Positions 18,622 through 27,471 of a stretch of DNA of 46,457 nt are shown here, one piece after another (position 1 is the stretch's first letter; the number at the start of each line of letters is the position of its first letter). The position numbers and the translations under genes are program-made. The notes below the pieces were generated by a model. The model saw only the letters and a list, made by a program, of their open reading frames with translations. It was not told where the DNA came from and made no database searches. The DNA comes from Candidatus Nomurabacteria bacterium (GTDB lineage Bacteria > Patescibacteriota > Minisyncoccia > Phycocordibacterales > SBAW01): NCBI GenBank assembly GCA_943348815.1, contig CALQYT010000004.1:11617-58073 (forward strand). The letters run 5' to 3'.

Positions 18622-19317
18622 GTGAAGAGGGGCCCAAAACCTAAAGGCAAAGTTAAGCTCAAATGGTCTACAAAATTTGCATACGCGATCGGTCTACTTA
18701 CAGCGGACGGCTGTCTTTCAAAAGATGGTCGGCACATTGACTTTACTTCGAAGGACAAAGTACAGGTGGGAATGTTTAAAAAATGTCTAGGTCTTGATAC
18801 AAAAATTGCAATAAAGTTGTCCGGCGCCGGGAACCGAGCCTATCACACTCAATTTAGTGATGTGCTCTTTTATAACTTTTTACTCGGGATTGGCTTGTCC
18901 CCTGCAAAATCTAAAACGATAAAATCTGTTTCCATACCTTCAGAATATTTTGTAGACTTTTTGAGAGGATATTTTGACGGAGATGGGTGTAGTTATTCTT
19001 ATTATGACCCGCAGTTTAAAAAAAGTTTTAGATTCTACCTTTCCTTTGTTTCTGCTAGTCCGCCATTTCTTGATTGGTTACGGCGAGAAATTCAGGTTTC
19101 AGTGGGTATACACGGTTTTATAAATGGATGGGGCGACAAGTCGTATCTTCAACTTAAGTATTCAAAAAAAGAGGCAATTCTGCTTTGCAAGTTTATGTAC
19201 TATAGTACAAACATCCCTTTTCTGCGTAGGAAGCGATTAAAAATTGAGAAATCTCTGCGCATTATTGGGTCACGCCGGAGTGGTGAAATTGGTAGACACG
19301 CTACACTCAGACTGTAG
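18622..19317 (+). mobile_element. Free-standing double-motif LAGLIDADG homing endonuclease-like gene overlapping tRNA-Leu
   Basis: AYAIGLLTADGC and FLRGYFDGDGC motifs, basic AT-rich ORF; last 44 nt lie inside the tRNA. Confidence 0.85.
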
Positions 19318-19360
19318 TTCCCGCAAGGGATTGGAGGTTCAAATCCTCTCTCCGGCACCA
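19274..19360 (+). tRNA. tRNA-Leu(CAG), CCA encoded
   Basis: GCCGGAG acceptor, D loop AAATTGGTAGAC, anticodon arm CTACA-CTCAGAC-TGTAG, long variable arm TCCC-GCAA-GGGA, GGTTCAAATCC, ...CTCCGGCACCA. Confidence 0.95.
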
Positions 19361-19364
19361 ACTA

Positions 19365-19910
19365 ATGAGTAACCTTGTAACTAAAGCCAAAGAGTTTGCC
19401 TACCGTGCCCACGAAGGGCATTTTCGGAATGACAAAGAGCACAGCCCCTACATCGTGCATCCGAAAGAAGTTTCAGAGCTTGTCGAAAAATCGGGAGGGA
19501 CCGAGGTCGAGATAGCCGCCGCGTGGTTGCACGATACCGTCGAGGACACGCCAACTACTATTGAAGATATTGAGCGTGAGTTTGGTAAAGAGGTGGCCGA
19601 GGTGGTGGCGGGACTTACTGATTTGCCGGAGTTCGAAACGCTCCCGCTTGCCGAACGCAAAGCCAAACAAGCCGAACGCGTGCGCGGCGAGAGCGATTCG
19701 GTCAAACGGGTTAAGTTGGCCGACCAAACCTCTAACGTGGGCGCAGTAGGCGGCGGCGTCTTTCTTGATATGCACGGCCAGCGCGCCCGGGAGTATGTTG
19801 AAGGCGCCAAAAAGATCGCCGAAGAATGCAAGGGTATAAGCCCCTTTTTGGACACCCTTTTTCAGGAAAAATACGTGGTCGCTCTTGGGGGCTTGGGCGA
19901 ATCTGATTAG
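19365..19910 (+). CDS. HD-domain small alarmone hydrolase-like protein (RelA/SpoT HD, Mesh1-like)
   Basis: AYRAHEGHFR, PYIVHP, AAWLHDTVEDT, FGKEVAEVVAGLTD, VKLADQTSN. Confidence 0.85.
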   Translation: MSNLVTKAKEFAYRAHEGHFRNDKEHSPYIVHPKEVSELVEKSGGTEVEIAAAWLHDTVEDTPTTIEDIEREFGKEVAEVVAGLTDLPEFETLPLAERKAKQAERVRGESDSVKRVKLADQTSNVGAVGGGVFLDMHGQRAREYVEGAKKIAEECKGISPFLDTLFQEKYVVALGGLGESD

Positions 19911-19987
19911 CGCTTCAGGTATTCTTCAGGAAAGACTTTATATCCTTACCCGGTTAGTTTAGAACCTTTATTTTTTAAGCTTTTTTC

Positions 19988-20620
19988 ATGGACAACCAAA
20001 GCACAAACATAGGGGCGTGGATTATCGGGGTCATTGTGGTCGTGATAGTAGTAGCTGGTTTGTGGTGGTATTTCTCGGCACCCGCCGCGGTGGCACCGGG
20101 TCCAAATGGTGAGGCAACGACAACGCAGACAACGAGCGGTACGGGGACCCCCGGCAACTCGACGGTGGTCGAGACCCGCAGCGGCAACGTCGCTTCGGTC
20201 GTGGCCGGGGTCGAAGACAGCAGCACGTTTAACTCTCTTTTTAGTTCGACCGGCGTAGCGGCAACACTCACGGGCAAAGGGCCGTATACGGTCTTTGTGC
20301 CGGTCAGCGAGGCGTTTGCTCACCTGCCCGCTGGCAGCTCGACCGCAACGATGACTGCCGCTCAAAAGAAGCGTTTGGTGCAGTACCACGTTGTCTCGGG
20401 CAAGGCGCTTGATGTTGATGCGGTTTCGGCGGGTGCATACACCGCCCTCTCGGGTGACAAAATCAACTTTAGTGTTGATGTCGCTAAACAAGCAGTGTAT
20501 GTAAACGGCGGCTTTGTTATCAAACAGTACAAGGCCACCAACGGCATCGTCTACCTCATTGGTGCGGTGCTTATCCCGCCGCAAAAGGCATCTCCAGGCA
20601 CTACTCCCGCAACCCCGTAA
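19988..20620 (+). CDS. Membrane-anchored fasciclin (FAS1) domain protein
   Basis: TM helix, Thr/Gly linker, GPYTVFVPVSEAF (H1), YHVV, ATNGIVYLIGAVLIP (H2). Confidence 0.88.
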   Translation: MDNQSTNIGAWIIGVIVVVIVVAGLWWYFSAPAAVAPGPNGEATTTQTTSGTGTPGNSTVVETRSGNVASVVAGVEDSSTFNSLFSSTGVAATLTGKGPYTVFVPVSEAFAHLPAGSSTATMTAAQKKRLVQYHVVSGKALDVDAVSAGAYTALSGDKINFSVDVAKQAVYVNGGFVIKQYKATNGIVYLIGAVLIPPQKASPGTTPATP

Positions 20621-20633
20621 TTTCCTCTTTAAC

Positions 20634-20666
20634 AACCCGCCGCTTCTTTGCAGAAGCGGCGGGTTT
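20634..20666 (+). terminator. Intrinsic terminator
   Basis: aacccgccgcttct-ttgc-agaagcggcgggttt, 14 bp perfect stem. Confidence 0.75.
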
Positions 20667-20682
20667 GTCGCATGATAGCGGG

Positions 20683-21987
20683 GTGGATCACAGGAGCTTT
20701 TTTGTGGGTAAGCGTGTCACGCTCATGGGGCTTGGCCTTTTGGGTCGTGGGGTAGGCGATGCCGAGTTTTTGGCACCGCTGTGCAAAGAGTTGGTCGTTA
20801 CTGATTTAAAAAGTGAGTCAGAGCTCGCAGCTTCTTTGGAGCGCTTAAAAAAGTTTCCTAACATTACGTACCATCTGGGCGGTCATCAAGAAAAAGATTT
20901 TACCGACACCGACATGGTCCTCAAAGCGGCGGGTGTGCCGCTAAACTCACCGTACATCGCCGTTGCACGTGCCAAAGGTGTGCCGGTGTATATGTCGAGT
21001 GCGTTGTTGGCCAAGTTTGCCGGAGAGAGTGGTGCAACCATAGTGGGGGTTACGGGCACGCGCGGCAAATCAACCACGTCGGCACTAATTTTCTATGCAT
21101 TACAAACGGCTGGCCGGCCGGCATATGAGGGTGGCAATGTGCGCGACGTTTCAACCCTTGCATTACTGCCAAAAATAAAAAAAGGCGATGCGGTGGTGCT
21201 GGAATTAGACTCTTGGCAACTACAGGGGTTTGGCGACCTGCGCATTTCGCCGCATATTGCGGTCTTTACCAACTTGCTTGATGACCACAAAAATTATTAC
21301 GCGCAAAATCCCGAGCAATATTTTTGGGACAAAGCGAATATCTTTTTGCATCAAAAGAGCGGTGACAAACTAGTAATGGGCGAGCAGGTGCTTAACCGCA
21401 TTCGCTCTGCCAATCCGCCCGTCGCCCCTCTTGTCCCACCGCCTATTCCTGCTGATTGGCAGCTACAAATCATCGGCGAACACAACAAAATAAACGCCGC
21501 GCTTGCGGCGGCGGCGTTGCGAATGCTGGGGTTAAAAGATACAGAAATTAAAGCGGCATTTGAGAGCTTTAAACCGGTAGAAGGACGCTTGCAGTTGGTA
21601 CGCGAAGTGAATGGCGTAAAAATTTATAACGATAATAACGCGACGACACCCGAAGCCACGCTTGCGGCTCTGGGTAGTTTTAGCGAGCCCGTGATTCTTA
21701 TTGCGGGGGGTGCAGATAAAAATCTCGATATGAGTGAATTTGTAAACCAAATTAAAAATTGCAAAAAAGTCTTATTACTCGAGGGCACCGGTACCGACCG
21801 CATAAAAAACCAAATTTTAAATACTACGATATATCGTAGTATTCCTGAGGTGGTAAAAGATGCGGTGGCTGCTGCACAGCCCGGAGATGTTATTTTGTTT
21901 AGTCCCGCATTTGCCTCGTTTGGCATGTTTAAAAACGAATACGACCGCAACGACCAATTTTTGGATGCGGTGAAAATGTTACAGTAG
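20683..21987 (+). CDS. murD: UDP-N-acetylmuramoyl-L-alanine--D-glutamate ligase
   Basis: GLGLLGRG, GVTGTRGKSTT, GGN, LELDSWQL, GRLQ, YNDNNATTPEAT, LIAGGADK, FSPAFASFGMFKNEYDR; GTG start 6 nt after CATGAT. Confidence 0.92.
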   Translation: MDHRSFFVGKRVTLMGLGLLGRGVGDAEFLAPLCKELVVTDLKSESELAASLERLKKFPNITYHLGGHQEKDFTDTDMVLKAAGVPLNSPYIAVARAKGVPVYMSSALLAKFAGESGATIVGVTGTRGKSTTSALIFYALQTAGRPAYEGGNVRDVSTLALLPKIKKGDAVVLELDSWQLQGFGDLRISPHIAVFTNLLDDHKNYYAQNPEQYFWDKANIFLHQKSGDKLVMGEQVLNRIRSANPPVAPLVPPPIPADWQLQIIGEHNKINAALAAAALRMLGLKDTEIKAAFESFKPVEGRLQLVREVNGVKIYNDNNATTPEATLAALGSFSEPVILIAGGADKNLDMSEFVNQIKNCKKVLLLEGTGTDRIKNQILNTTIYRSIPEVVKDAVAAAQPGDVILFSPAFASFGMFKNEYDRNDQFLDAVKMLQ

Positions 21988-21992
21988 CTCCT

Positions 21993-23210
21993 ATGTCGCA
22001 AAAGATTTTTATGTCGGGGATTGGCGGGATAGGCATGTCGGCCTTGGCCCAGCTTTTTGTTGCAGAAGGTAATGAAGTATCAGGGTCAGATCGCGAGGAG
22101 TCGCCAACGACCCGCATGCTGGTCGAAAAGGGTATTGCGGTTGCTATTGGCCAAATCGCACAAAATATTCCTGAGGGTACCCAGTTGTTGGTGTACAGCG
22201 ATGCAATACCCGCCGACAACGCAGAGCGTATGACGGCGACAGAGCACGACATCCCCCAACAATCTTACTTTGAGGCGTTGGGTAAATTTGCAGAGACTAA
22301 GCGCACTGTTGCTATCGCCGGTACTCACGGCAAAACGACTACAACCGCTATGTTGGGCAAAATGTTAGTCGATGCCGGAGTAGATCCGACGGTGGTGGTG
22401 GGAAGTATTGTCACCGAATGGGGGAGTAATTTTAGAGCAGGCAAAAGTGATTGGCTGGTAGTCGAAGCGTGCGAGTATCGCAACCACTTTTTAAACTTTA
22501 AGCCCGAGGTGTTAGTCATCACCAACATCGAGCTCGACCATACTGACTTTTTTAAATCGATTGATGAAATCCGCGCCGCGTTTGACGAGGCGCGAAGCAA
22601 CGCCAAAGTAACTATCGCAAGCGAGCAATATCGCGCCGAGTCGGTGCCCCAGCTCCTTATCCCCGGCGAGTTTAATGTCGAAAATGCGCGTGCTGCCAAG
22701 GCCGCAGCTAAATGTATTGCACCCGAAGTCCCCGAAGAGGTGTGGGACAAATCACTGGCCAACTATCGCGGCACGTGGCGGCGCTTTGAGCACAAAGGCA
22801 CGCTACCAAGCGGCGCAACGTTGTATGACGACTACGCGCATCACCCGACGGCGATTAGTCGCACGCTCACCGCAGCACGCGAGCTTTTTCCTGACAAAAA
22901 AATAGTATTGTTTTTCCATCCGCATCTCTACAGCCGCACGCGCGATTTGTTTGACGAGTTTTCAACCGCACTTGCCCAAGCAGACGAGGCATATATTTTG
23001 CCCGTGTATGCGGCACGCGAGCCGCACGACCCGTCGGTATCGCACGAAGCGCTTGCGGCAGCCGTTAATAAAAAGGGCGGCCACGCCAAAGCGGTTACGG
23101 GGTTTGAAGAAACCACGGCTCTATTAAAAATGCTTGGTGCCGACAAGGTTGCCTTTACCATGGGTGCCGGCGATGTGTACAAAGCAGGAGAAGCCGCACT
23201 TAAAAATTAA
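21993..23210 (+). CDS. murC: UDP-N-acetylmuramate--L-alanine ligase
   Basis: GIGGIGMSALA, GSD, AIAGTHGKTTTT, VEACEY, TNIELDH, RRFE, DDYAHHPT, HLYSRT, MGAGDV. Confidence 0.94.
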   Translation: MSQKIFMSGIGGIGMSALAQLFVAEGNEVSGSDREESPTTRMLVEKGIAVAIGQIAQNIPEGTQLLVYSDAIPADNAERMTATEHDIPQQSYFEALGKFAETKRTVAIAGTHGKTTTTAMLGKMLVDAGVDPTVVVGSIVTEWGSNFRAGKSDWLVVEACEYRNHFLNFKPEVLVITNIELDHTDFFKSIDEIRAAFDEARSNAKVTIASEQYRAESVPQLLIPGEFNVENARAAKAAAKCIAPEVPEEVWDKSLANYRGTWRRFEHKGTLPSGATLYDDYAHHPTAISRTLTAARELFPDKKIVLFFHPHLYSRTRDLFDEFSTALAQADEAYILPVYAAREPHDPSVSHEALAAAVNKKGGHAKAVTGFEETTALLKMLGADKVAFTMGAGDVYKAGEAALKN

Positions 23211-23235
23211 AAATCGACCTCCGCAGAAGTCGATT
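23201..23235 (-). terminator. Terminator between convergent genes
   Basis: On the - strand aatcgacttc-tgcg-gaggtcgatt followed by TTTAATTTTT. Confidence 0.6.
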
Positions 23236-23449
23236 AAGCTGGAATGTTGACCGGTCGAAAGTCGGATTCGGAAAGTCCGACCTTGTCGCACCCGCGACAT
23301 CCCCATTGACCTGAGCTGGCTTCGACACGAGCGTGGTCACCGCAGTCGCGGCACGTCCACATCTTGTTGAGAAACCAGAGGTCGAGGACTGCGGCGTGTT
23401 GAAGTGATATTGGCCGTTTTAGTTCGGTCTTCGATTCAACCAAAGCCAT
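23234..23449 (-). CDS. Small zinc-ribbon protein (71 aa)
   Basis: WTCRDCG...WGCRGCD pair of CxxC motifs; AGGGGA 9 nt before ATG; own terminator. Confidence 0.65.
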   Translation of the reverse strand: MALVESKTELKRPISLQHAAVLDLWFLNKMWTCRDCGDHARVEASSGQWGCRGCDKVGLSESDFRPVNIPA

Positions 23450-23550
23450 AGTGAGTCATCCCCTGCAGCCATTTAAATCTTATCGTATGTAGCAAAATTT
23501 TTTGTACACAGAATGTGCAATACAACTAAAAAAATGCTAGGGTGTGCTCC

Positions 23551-24198
23551 ATGAGTGGCAAGCTTTCAGTCGTTGCAACCCCCATTGGCAACTTAGAGGA
23601 CATCACCCTCCGGGCTTTGAGGGTACTTAAAGAGGCCGATTTTGTGGCGTGCGAAAATATTGCCAATACCCGCAAACTGCTTTCGCATTTCGACATCCAC
23701 ACGCCTGCTATTGCCGACTCCAAAGTGTTAGGACTTTTAGCGCAAGACAAACACGTGGCGTTGGTGAGCGATGCGGGTACGCCTAATGTGTCTGATCCGG
23801 GTGGTGAGTTGGTGGCCAAAGCGCGTGCAGCAGGCGCCCAGATTGAGACCATCCCCGGCGCCTCAGCACTCCCCGCGGCGCTTGCCATTGCGGGCATACG
23901 TGCACCGCATTTTGTTTTTTATGGATTTTTGCCGCAGAAAAAAGGTAGGGAGAAGCTGTTTAAAGAAATAGCCAAGGAAGAGCGCGCCAGTATCTTTTTT
24001 GAGTCACCGCATCGCATTATGAAGGCGTTAGACTCACTCCAAAAAAATGCCCCTGATCGCCGTATTGGCCTCTATCGCGAACTTACTAAGTTGTATGAGG
24101 AAGCGCTTATCGGTACGCCCACCGAATTGCTTGCCCTACTCGAGAACGACTCCAACAAACAAAAAGGCGAGTTTGTGGTGATTGTGGAAGGGGAGTAA
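23551..24198 (+). CDS. rsmI: 16S rRNA (cytidine1402-2'-O)-methyltransferase
   Basis: VATPIGNLEDITLRAL, LVSDAGTPNVSDPG, IPGASA, FESPHR, RELTKLYEE, KGEFVV. Confidence 0.95.
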   Translation: MSGKLSVVATPIGNLEDITLRALRVLKEADFVACENIANTRKLLSHFDIHTPAIADSKVLGLLAQDKHVALVSDAGTPNVSDPGGELVAKARAAGAQIETIPGASALPAALAIAGIRAPHFVFYGFLPQKKGREKLFKEIAKEERASIFFESPHRIMKALDSLQKNAPDRRIGLYRELTKLYEEALIGTPTELLALLENDSNKQKGEFVVIVEGE

Positions 24199-24207
24199 AC
24201 TAAGTGT

Positions 24208-24486
24208 ATGTCTAAAGAAATGGCGGTGATTGCGCTCGGGTTGCTGGTTATTGCCGTACGCACTTTGCTGGGGATCCCCGGCTCGTGGCAAACGCTCATT
24301 CTCACACTCGCCGGAGTGGTCATAGTGGTCATCGGATTTTTATTGCGCGGAGAGGCTATCAAGCGCCAGGGTCGCTCGGGCTCTATGCCGTTTGTCGAAA
24401 ACCTGCCCGACCGGCAGGCGGGCATGTCTAACCGCGCCAGCGCTCCTTCCGATCATGAAACCCAAAAGCTCTCTTCGCTTAATTAG
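24208..24486 (+). CDS. Small two-TM membrane protein
   Basis: Two hydrophobic helices around LGIPGSW, FVEN tail. Confidence 0.7.
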   Translation: MSKEMAVIALGLLVIAVRTLLGIPGSWQTLILTLAGVVIVVIGFLLRGEAIKRQGRSGSMPFVENLPDRQAGMSNRASAPSDHETQKLSSLN

Positions 24487-25564
24487 CCGCACCTACCTCT
24501 ATCTCCTGGCGCTTGCGGCACTCGTGCTTGCAGCGGGGCTTGGATACACCAAGTTGGCCGGTAATTTTTCGGTATCCTACGAACAGGTACAGGCAACCAC
24601 GACGCAGCCTTTTATCCCGCCACTTGATCTGGCCGAGTATAACGTGCGATTACTCGCACTTGCGCACGTTGCAACCTCGAGCCCGTGGTACGCGGCTTTT
24701 TTGCAAGGGACTACAACCGCTTCGACCACGCAGCCTCGGCCAGTGTGGCCGCTCATGCGCGCCAACCCACGCGACTCGCGCGCCCTGCTGCCGTTTAACC
24801 GCATCGTGGCTTACTACGGTAATTTTTATTCCAAACAAATGGGGGTGCTTGGCGAGTACGACGAAGCCACGGTACTGGCCAAACTTGCGAGTACCACCGA
24901 AGAGTGGGAGGCTGCCGACCCAAACACACCGGTAGTCCCCGCTATCGAATACATTGACGTTACGGCGCAAGGTAGTGCCGGCAAAGACGCCAAGTATCGT
25001 TTGCGCATGCCGGACAGCCAAATAGACAAAGCACTCGCAATGGCTAAAAAAATAAACGGCGTTGTGGTTCTCGACATCCAAGTTGGCTTGAGTACGTTGC
25101 AAGACGAAGTGCCACTGCTCGAAACGTATCTCGCGATGCCGAACGTGCATTTGGCTATCGACCCGGAGTTTGCGATGCGCAATGGCACGCCGCCGGGGCG
25201 GGTCATTGGTAGCTTGGATGCGACGGATATAAATTACACGATCAATTATTTGAGCGACTTAATTAAGCTGCATGACCTACCGCCAAAAATTTTGGTGGTG
25301 CACCGCTTTACCGAAGATATGGTGACTAATTATAAAAAAATAGCGCCTACCCCCGAGGTGCAGGTGGTGATGCAAATGGACGGCTGGGGCTCGCCGCAAC
25401 GAAAGTATGGAACTTATAACGCAGTCATCAATCCCGAGCCAGTCCAATTTACTGGCTTTAAACTCTTCTACAAAAACGACCTTAAAGAAGATCCGCCGCG
25501 TTTGCTGACTCCCCAAGAAGTGCTCGATCTTACCCCAAGCCCCAGCTTTATTCAGTACCAGTAG
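24455..25564 (+). CDS. Conserved extracytoplasmic hypothetical protein (possible TIM-barrel hydrolase-like)
   Basis: TM anchor; RIVAYYGN..MGVLGE, LDIQVG, HLAIDPEF, VVHRF, MDGWG, GFKLFYKND. Confidence 0.78.
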   Translation: MKPKSSLRLISRTYLYLLALAALVLAAGLGYTKLAGNFSVSYEQVQATTTQPFIPPLDLAEYNVRLLALAHVATSSPWYAAFLQGTTTASTTQPRPVWPLMRANPRDSRALLPFNRIVAYYGNFYSKQMGVLGEYDEATVLAKLASTTEEWEAADPNTPVVPAIEYIDVTAQGSAGKDAKYRLRMPDSQIDKALAMAKKINGVVVLDIQVGLSTLQDEVPLLETYLAMPNVHLAIDPEFAMRNGTPPGRVIGSLDATDINYTINYLSDLIKLHDLPPKILVVHRFTEDMVTNYKKIAPTPEVQVVMQMDGWGSPQRKYGTYNAVINPEPVQFTGFKLFYKNDLKEDPPRLLTPQEVLDLTPSPSFIQYQ

Positions 25565-25593
25565 GGTTCATACGTCTTGTTATACTTACAGGG

Positions 25594-27471
25594 ATGCCGG
25601 AAAATCCCGAACAGATAACGTATTTTGCTAAGACCAACGCCCGTGGGCAGGAGGTGCCTTTTGGTATTCGGCGCGAGGATCGTGTGCGGCACATGTATAT
25701 CATCGGCAAGACCGGCATGGGCAAGTCGACCCTGCTCGAAAACATGGCGATCCAGGACATCCGCAACGGCGAAGGGATAGCATTTATCGATCCGCACGGC
25801 TCAACAGCCGATCGCATTTTGGAATATGTACCCGAGCATCGCAAAAAGGATGTCGTGTACTTTGCGCCCTTCGACATGGAGTACCCGCTTGCGTTTAATG
25901 TCATGGAGGATGTGGGTTACGACAAACGCCACCTGGTGGTCTCGGGCTTGCTCGCCGCCTTTCGCAAAATCTGGGTCGATGCCTGGTCGGCCCGCATGGA
26001 GTACATACTTTCCAACACGTTGCTTGCGCTTTTGGAGTACCCGGGCTCAACCTTGTTGGACGTCAACCGGCTCCTCATCAACAAAAACTTCCGGAAAAAA
26101 GTAGTGGAGAACGTCAAAGACCCGATTGTGAGAAGTTTTTGGGTCGATGAGTTTGCTACCTACACCGACCGTTACACCCAAGAAGCAACACCCGCGATCC
26201 AAAACAAAATCGGCCAATTTACCTCTAACCCCCTCATCCGCAACATTGTGGGGCAACCGGTATCCTCGTTCGATATCCGCCGGCTGATGGACGAAAAGAA
26301 GATTTTGATTATGAACCTCTCCAAAGGCCGAGTGGGAGAGGTAAACGCAACGCTGCTTGGTTCGATGCTCGTAACCAAAATTTATTTGGCGGCGATGTCG
26401 CGTGCCGATGTGTCTGCTGAGGTGATGAATAGGCTGCCGAGTTTTTATTTTTATGTCGACGAGTTTCAAAACTTTGCTAACGAGTCCTTTTCGGACATTC
26501 TCTCCGAGGCGCGCAAGTACAAACTCAACCTGATTATTGCGCACCAATATATCGAACAAATGGAGGAAGAGGTGCGTGATGCGGTCTTTGGTAACGTGGG
26601 TACGACGGTCGCTTTTCGGGTCGGACCCTTTGACGCAGAGGTGCTCGAAACTATTTTTAATCCGCAATTTACCGCGACCGATTTGGTTAACTTGGGTTTT
26701 GCCCAAATTTATTTGACGCTCATGATTAATCGTGTAGGTTCACCGCCGTTTAGCGCCACGACGCTCCCGCCGTTTGACCCGCCCCCCGAGATGCATGTGG
26801 AAGAAGTATTGCGTATGTCGCGCACTACTTTTGGCAGACCGCGTGCCGAGGTTGAAAAATTAATCCAAGAGTGGCAGGGCAGTGAGCCACCTAACCTTGA
26901 GCAGCCTAAAAAACGTCCGCCTGCAGCTCGCAGCTACTCACGTAGTGTCGACATTCCGCAACCAAGCCAAAGCGTGAGCCCACCTCCTGCACCCCCACCT
27001 CCGCCCCCGGAAGAGCCTCCGGTATCACGCCCCGCACCGGTACATCGCCCTGCCCATCAGGTAGACGCCAAGACCCTCGGCGAGCACTTGGCGCACGAGC
27101 ACACGCTTGCGCAAAGCAAGGCTAAAGAACCGGTAGAAGACCTCCCACCGCCTTTGCCGCAGCATATACGACCTGTGCGTCAGGATCATCCACCTCGCCC
27201 CCCTTACAAACCTCCCGTCAAACCCGAGCGCCCTCCGCTTGAGGGCCCCAAGACCCTAAAAGAAGCGCTCGAGGCAGCGTACAAAAAACCGCAACCTACT
27301 GAAGTGGCGCCCGAGCCTACGGCACCCGCCGCCGCTACTTCTATCCCGGGTGTGAATCTCAAAGAGATACTTGCTAAGGTCGTGACACCACCGCCGCAAT
27401 CGGAGAAGAAATCCGAAATTCCGGAGGCTGTGTTGCGCGACATGCTTGCCGTCGATGAAGAAATTACTTAA
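25594..27471 (+). CDS. VirD4/TraD/TrwB-like (HerA-FtsK superfamily) ATPase with Pro-rich C-terminal tail
   Basis: RHMYIIGKTGMGKST Walker A, FIDPHG, FYVDEFQNF Walker B, LSEARKY, AHQY, FGNVGT. Confidence 0.88.
   Translation: MPENPEQITYFAKTNARGQEVPFGIRREDRVRHMYIIGKTGMGKSTLLENMAIQDIRNGEGIAFIDPHGSTADRILEYVPEHRKKDVVYFAPFDMEYPLAFNVMEDVGYDKRHLVVSGLLAAFRKIWVDAWSARMEYILSNTLLALLEYPGSTLLDVNRLLINKNFRKKVVENVKDPIVRSFWVDEFATYTDRYTQEATPAIQNKIGQFTSNPLIRNIVGQPVSSFDIRRLMDEKKILIMNLSKGRVGEVNATLLGSMLVTKIYLAAMSRADVSAEVMNRLPSFYFYVDEFQNFANESFSDILSEARKYKLNLIIAHQYIEQMEEEVRDAVFGNVGTTVAFRVGPFDAEVLETIFNPQFTATDLVNLGFAQIYLTLMINRVGSPPFSATTLPPFDPPPEMHVEEVLRMSRTTFGRPRAEVEKLIQEWQGSEPPNLEQPKKRPPAARSYSRSVDIPQPSQSVSPPPAPPPPPPEEPPVSRPAPVHRPAHQVDAKTLGEHLAHEHTLAQSKAKEPVEDLPPPLPQHIRPVRQDHPPRPPYKPPVKPERPPLEGPKTLKEALEAAYKKPQPTEVAPEPTAPAAATSIPGVNLKEILAKVVTPPPQSEKKSEIPEAVLRDMLAVDEEIT

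Noticed and set aside
18622-19317. LAGLIDADG as part of an intein or group I/tRNA intron
   Set aside because: No host exteins or splice residues, no flanking intron core, and the tRNA is uninterrupted.
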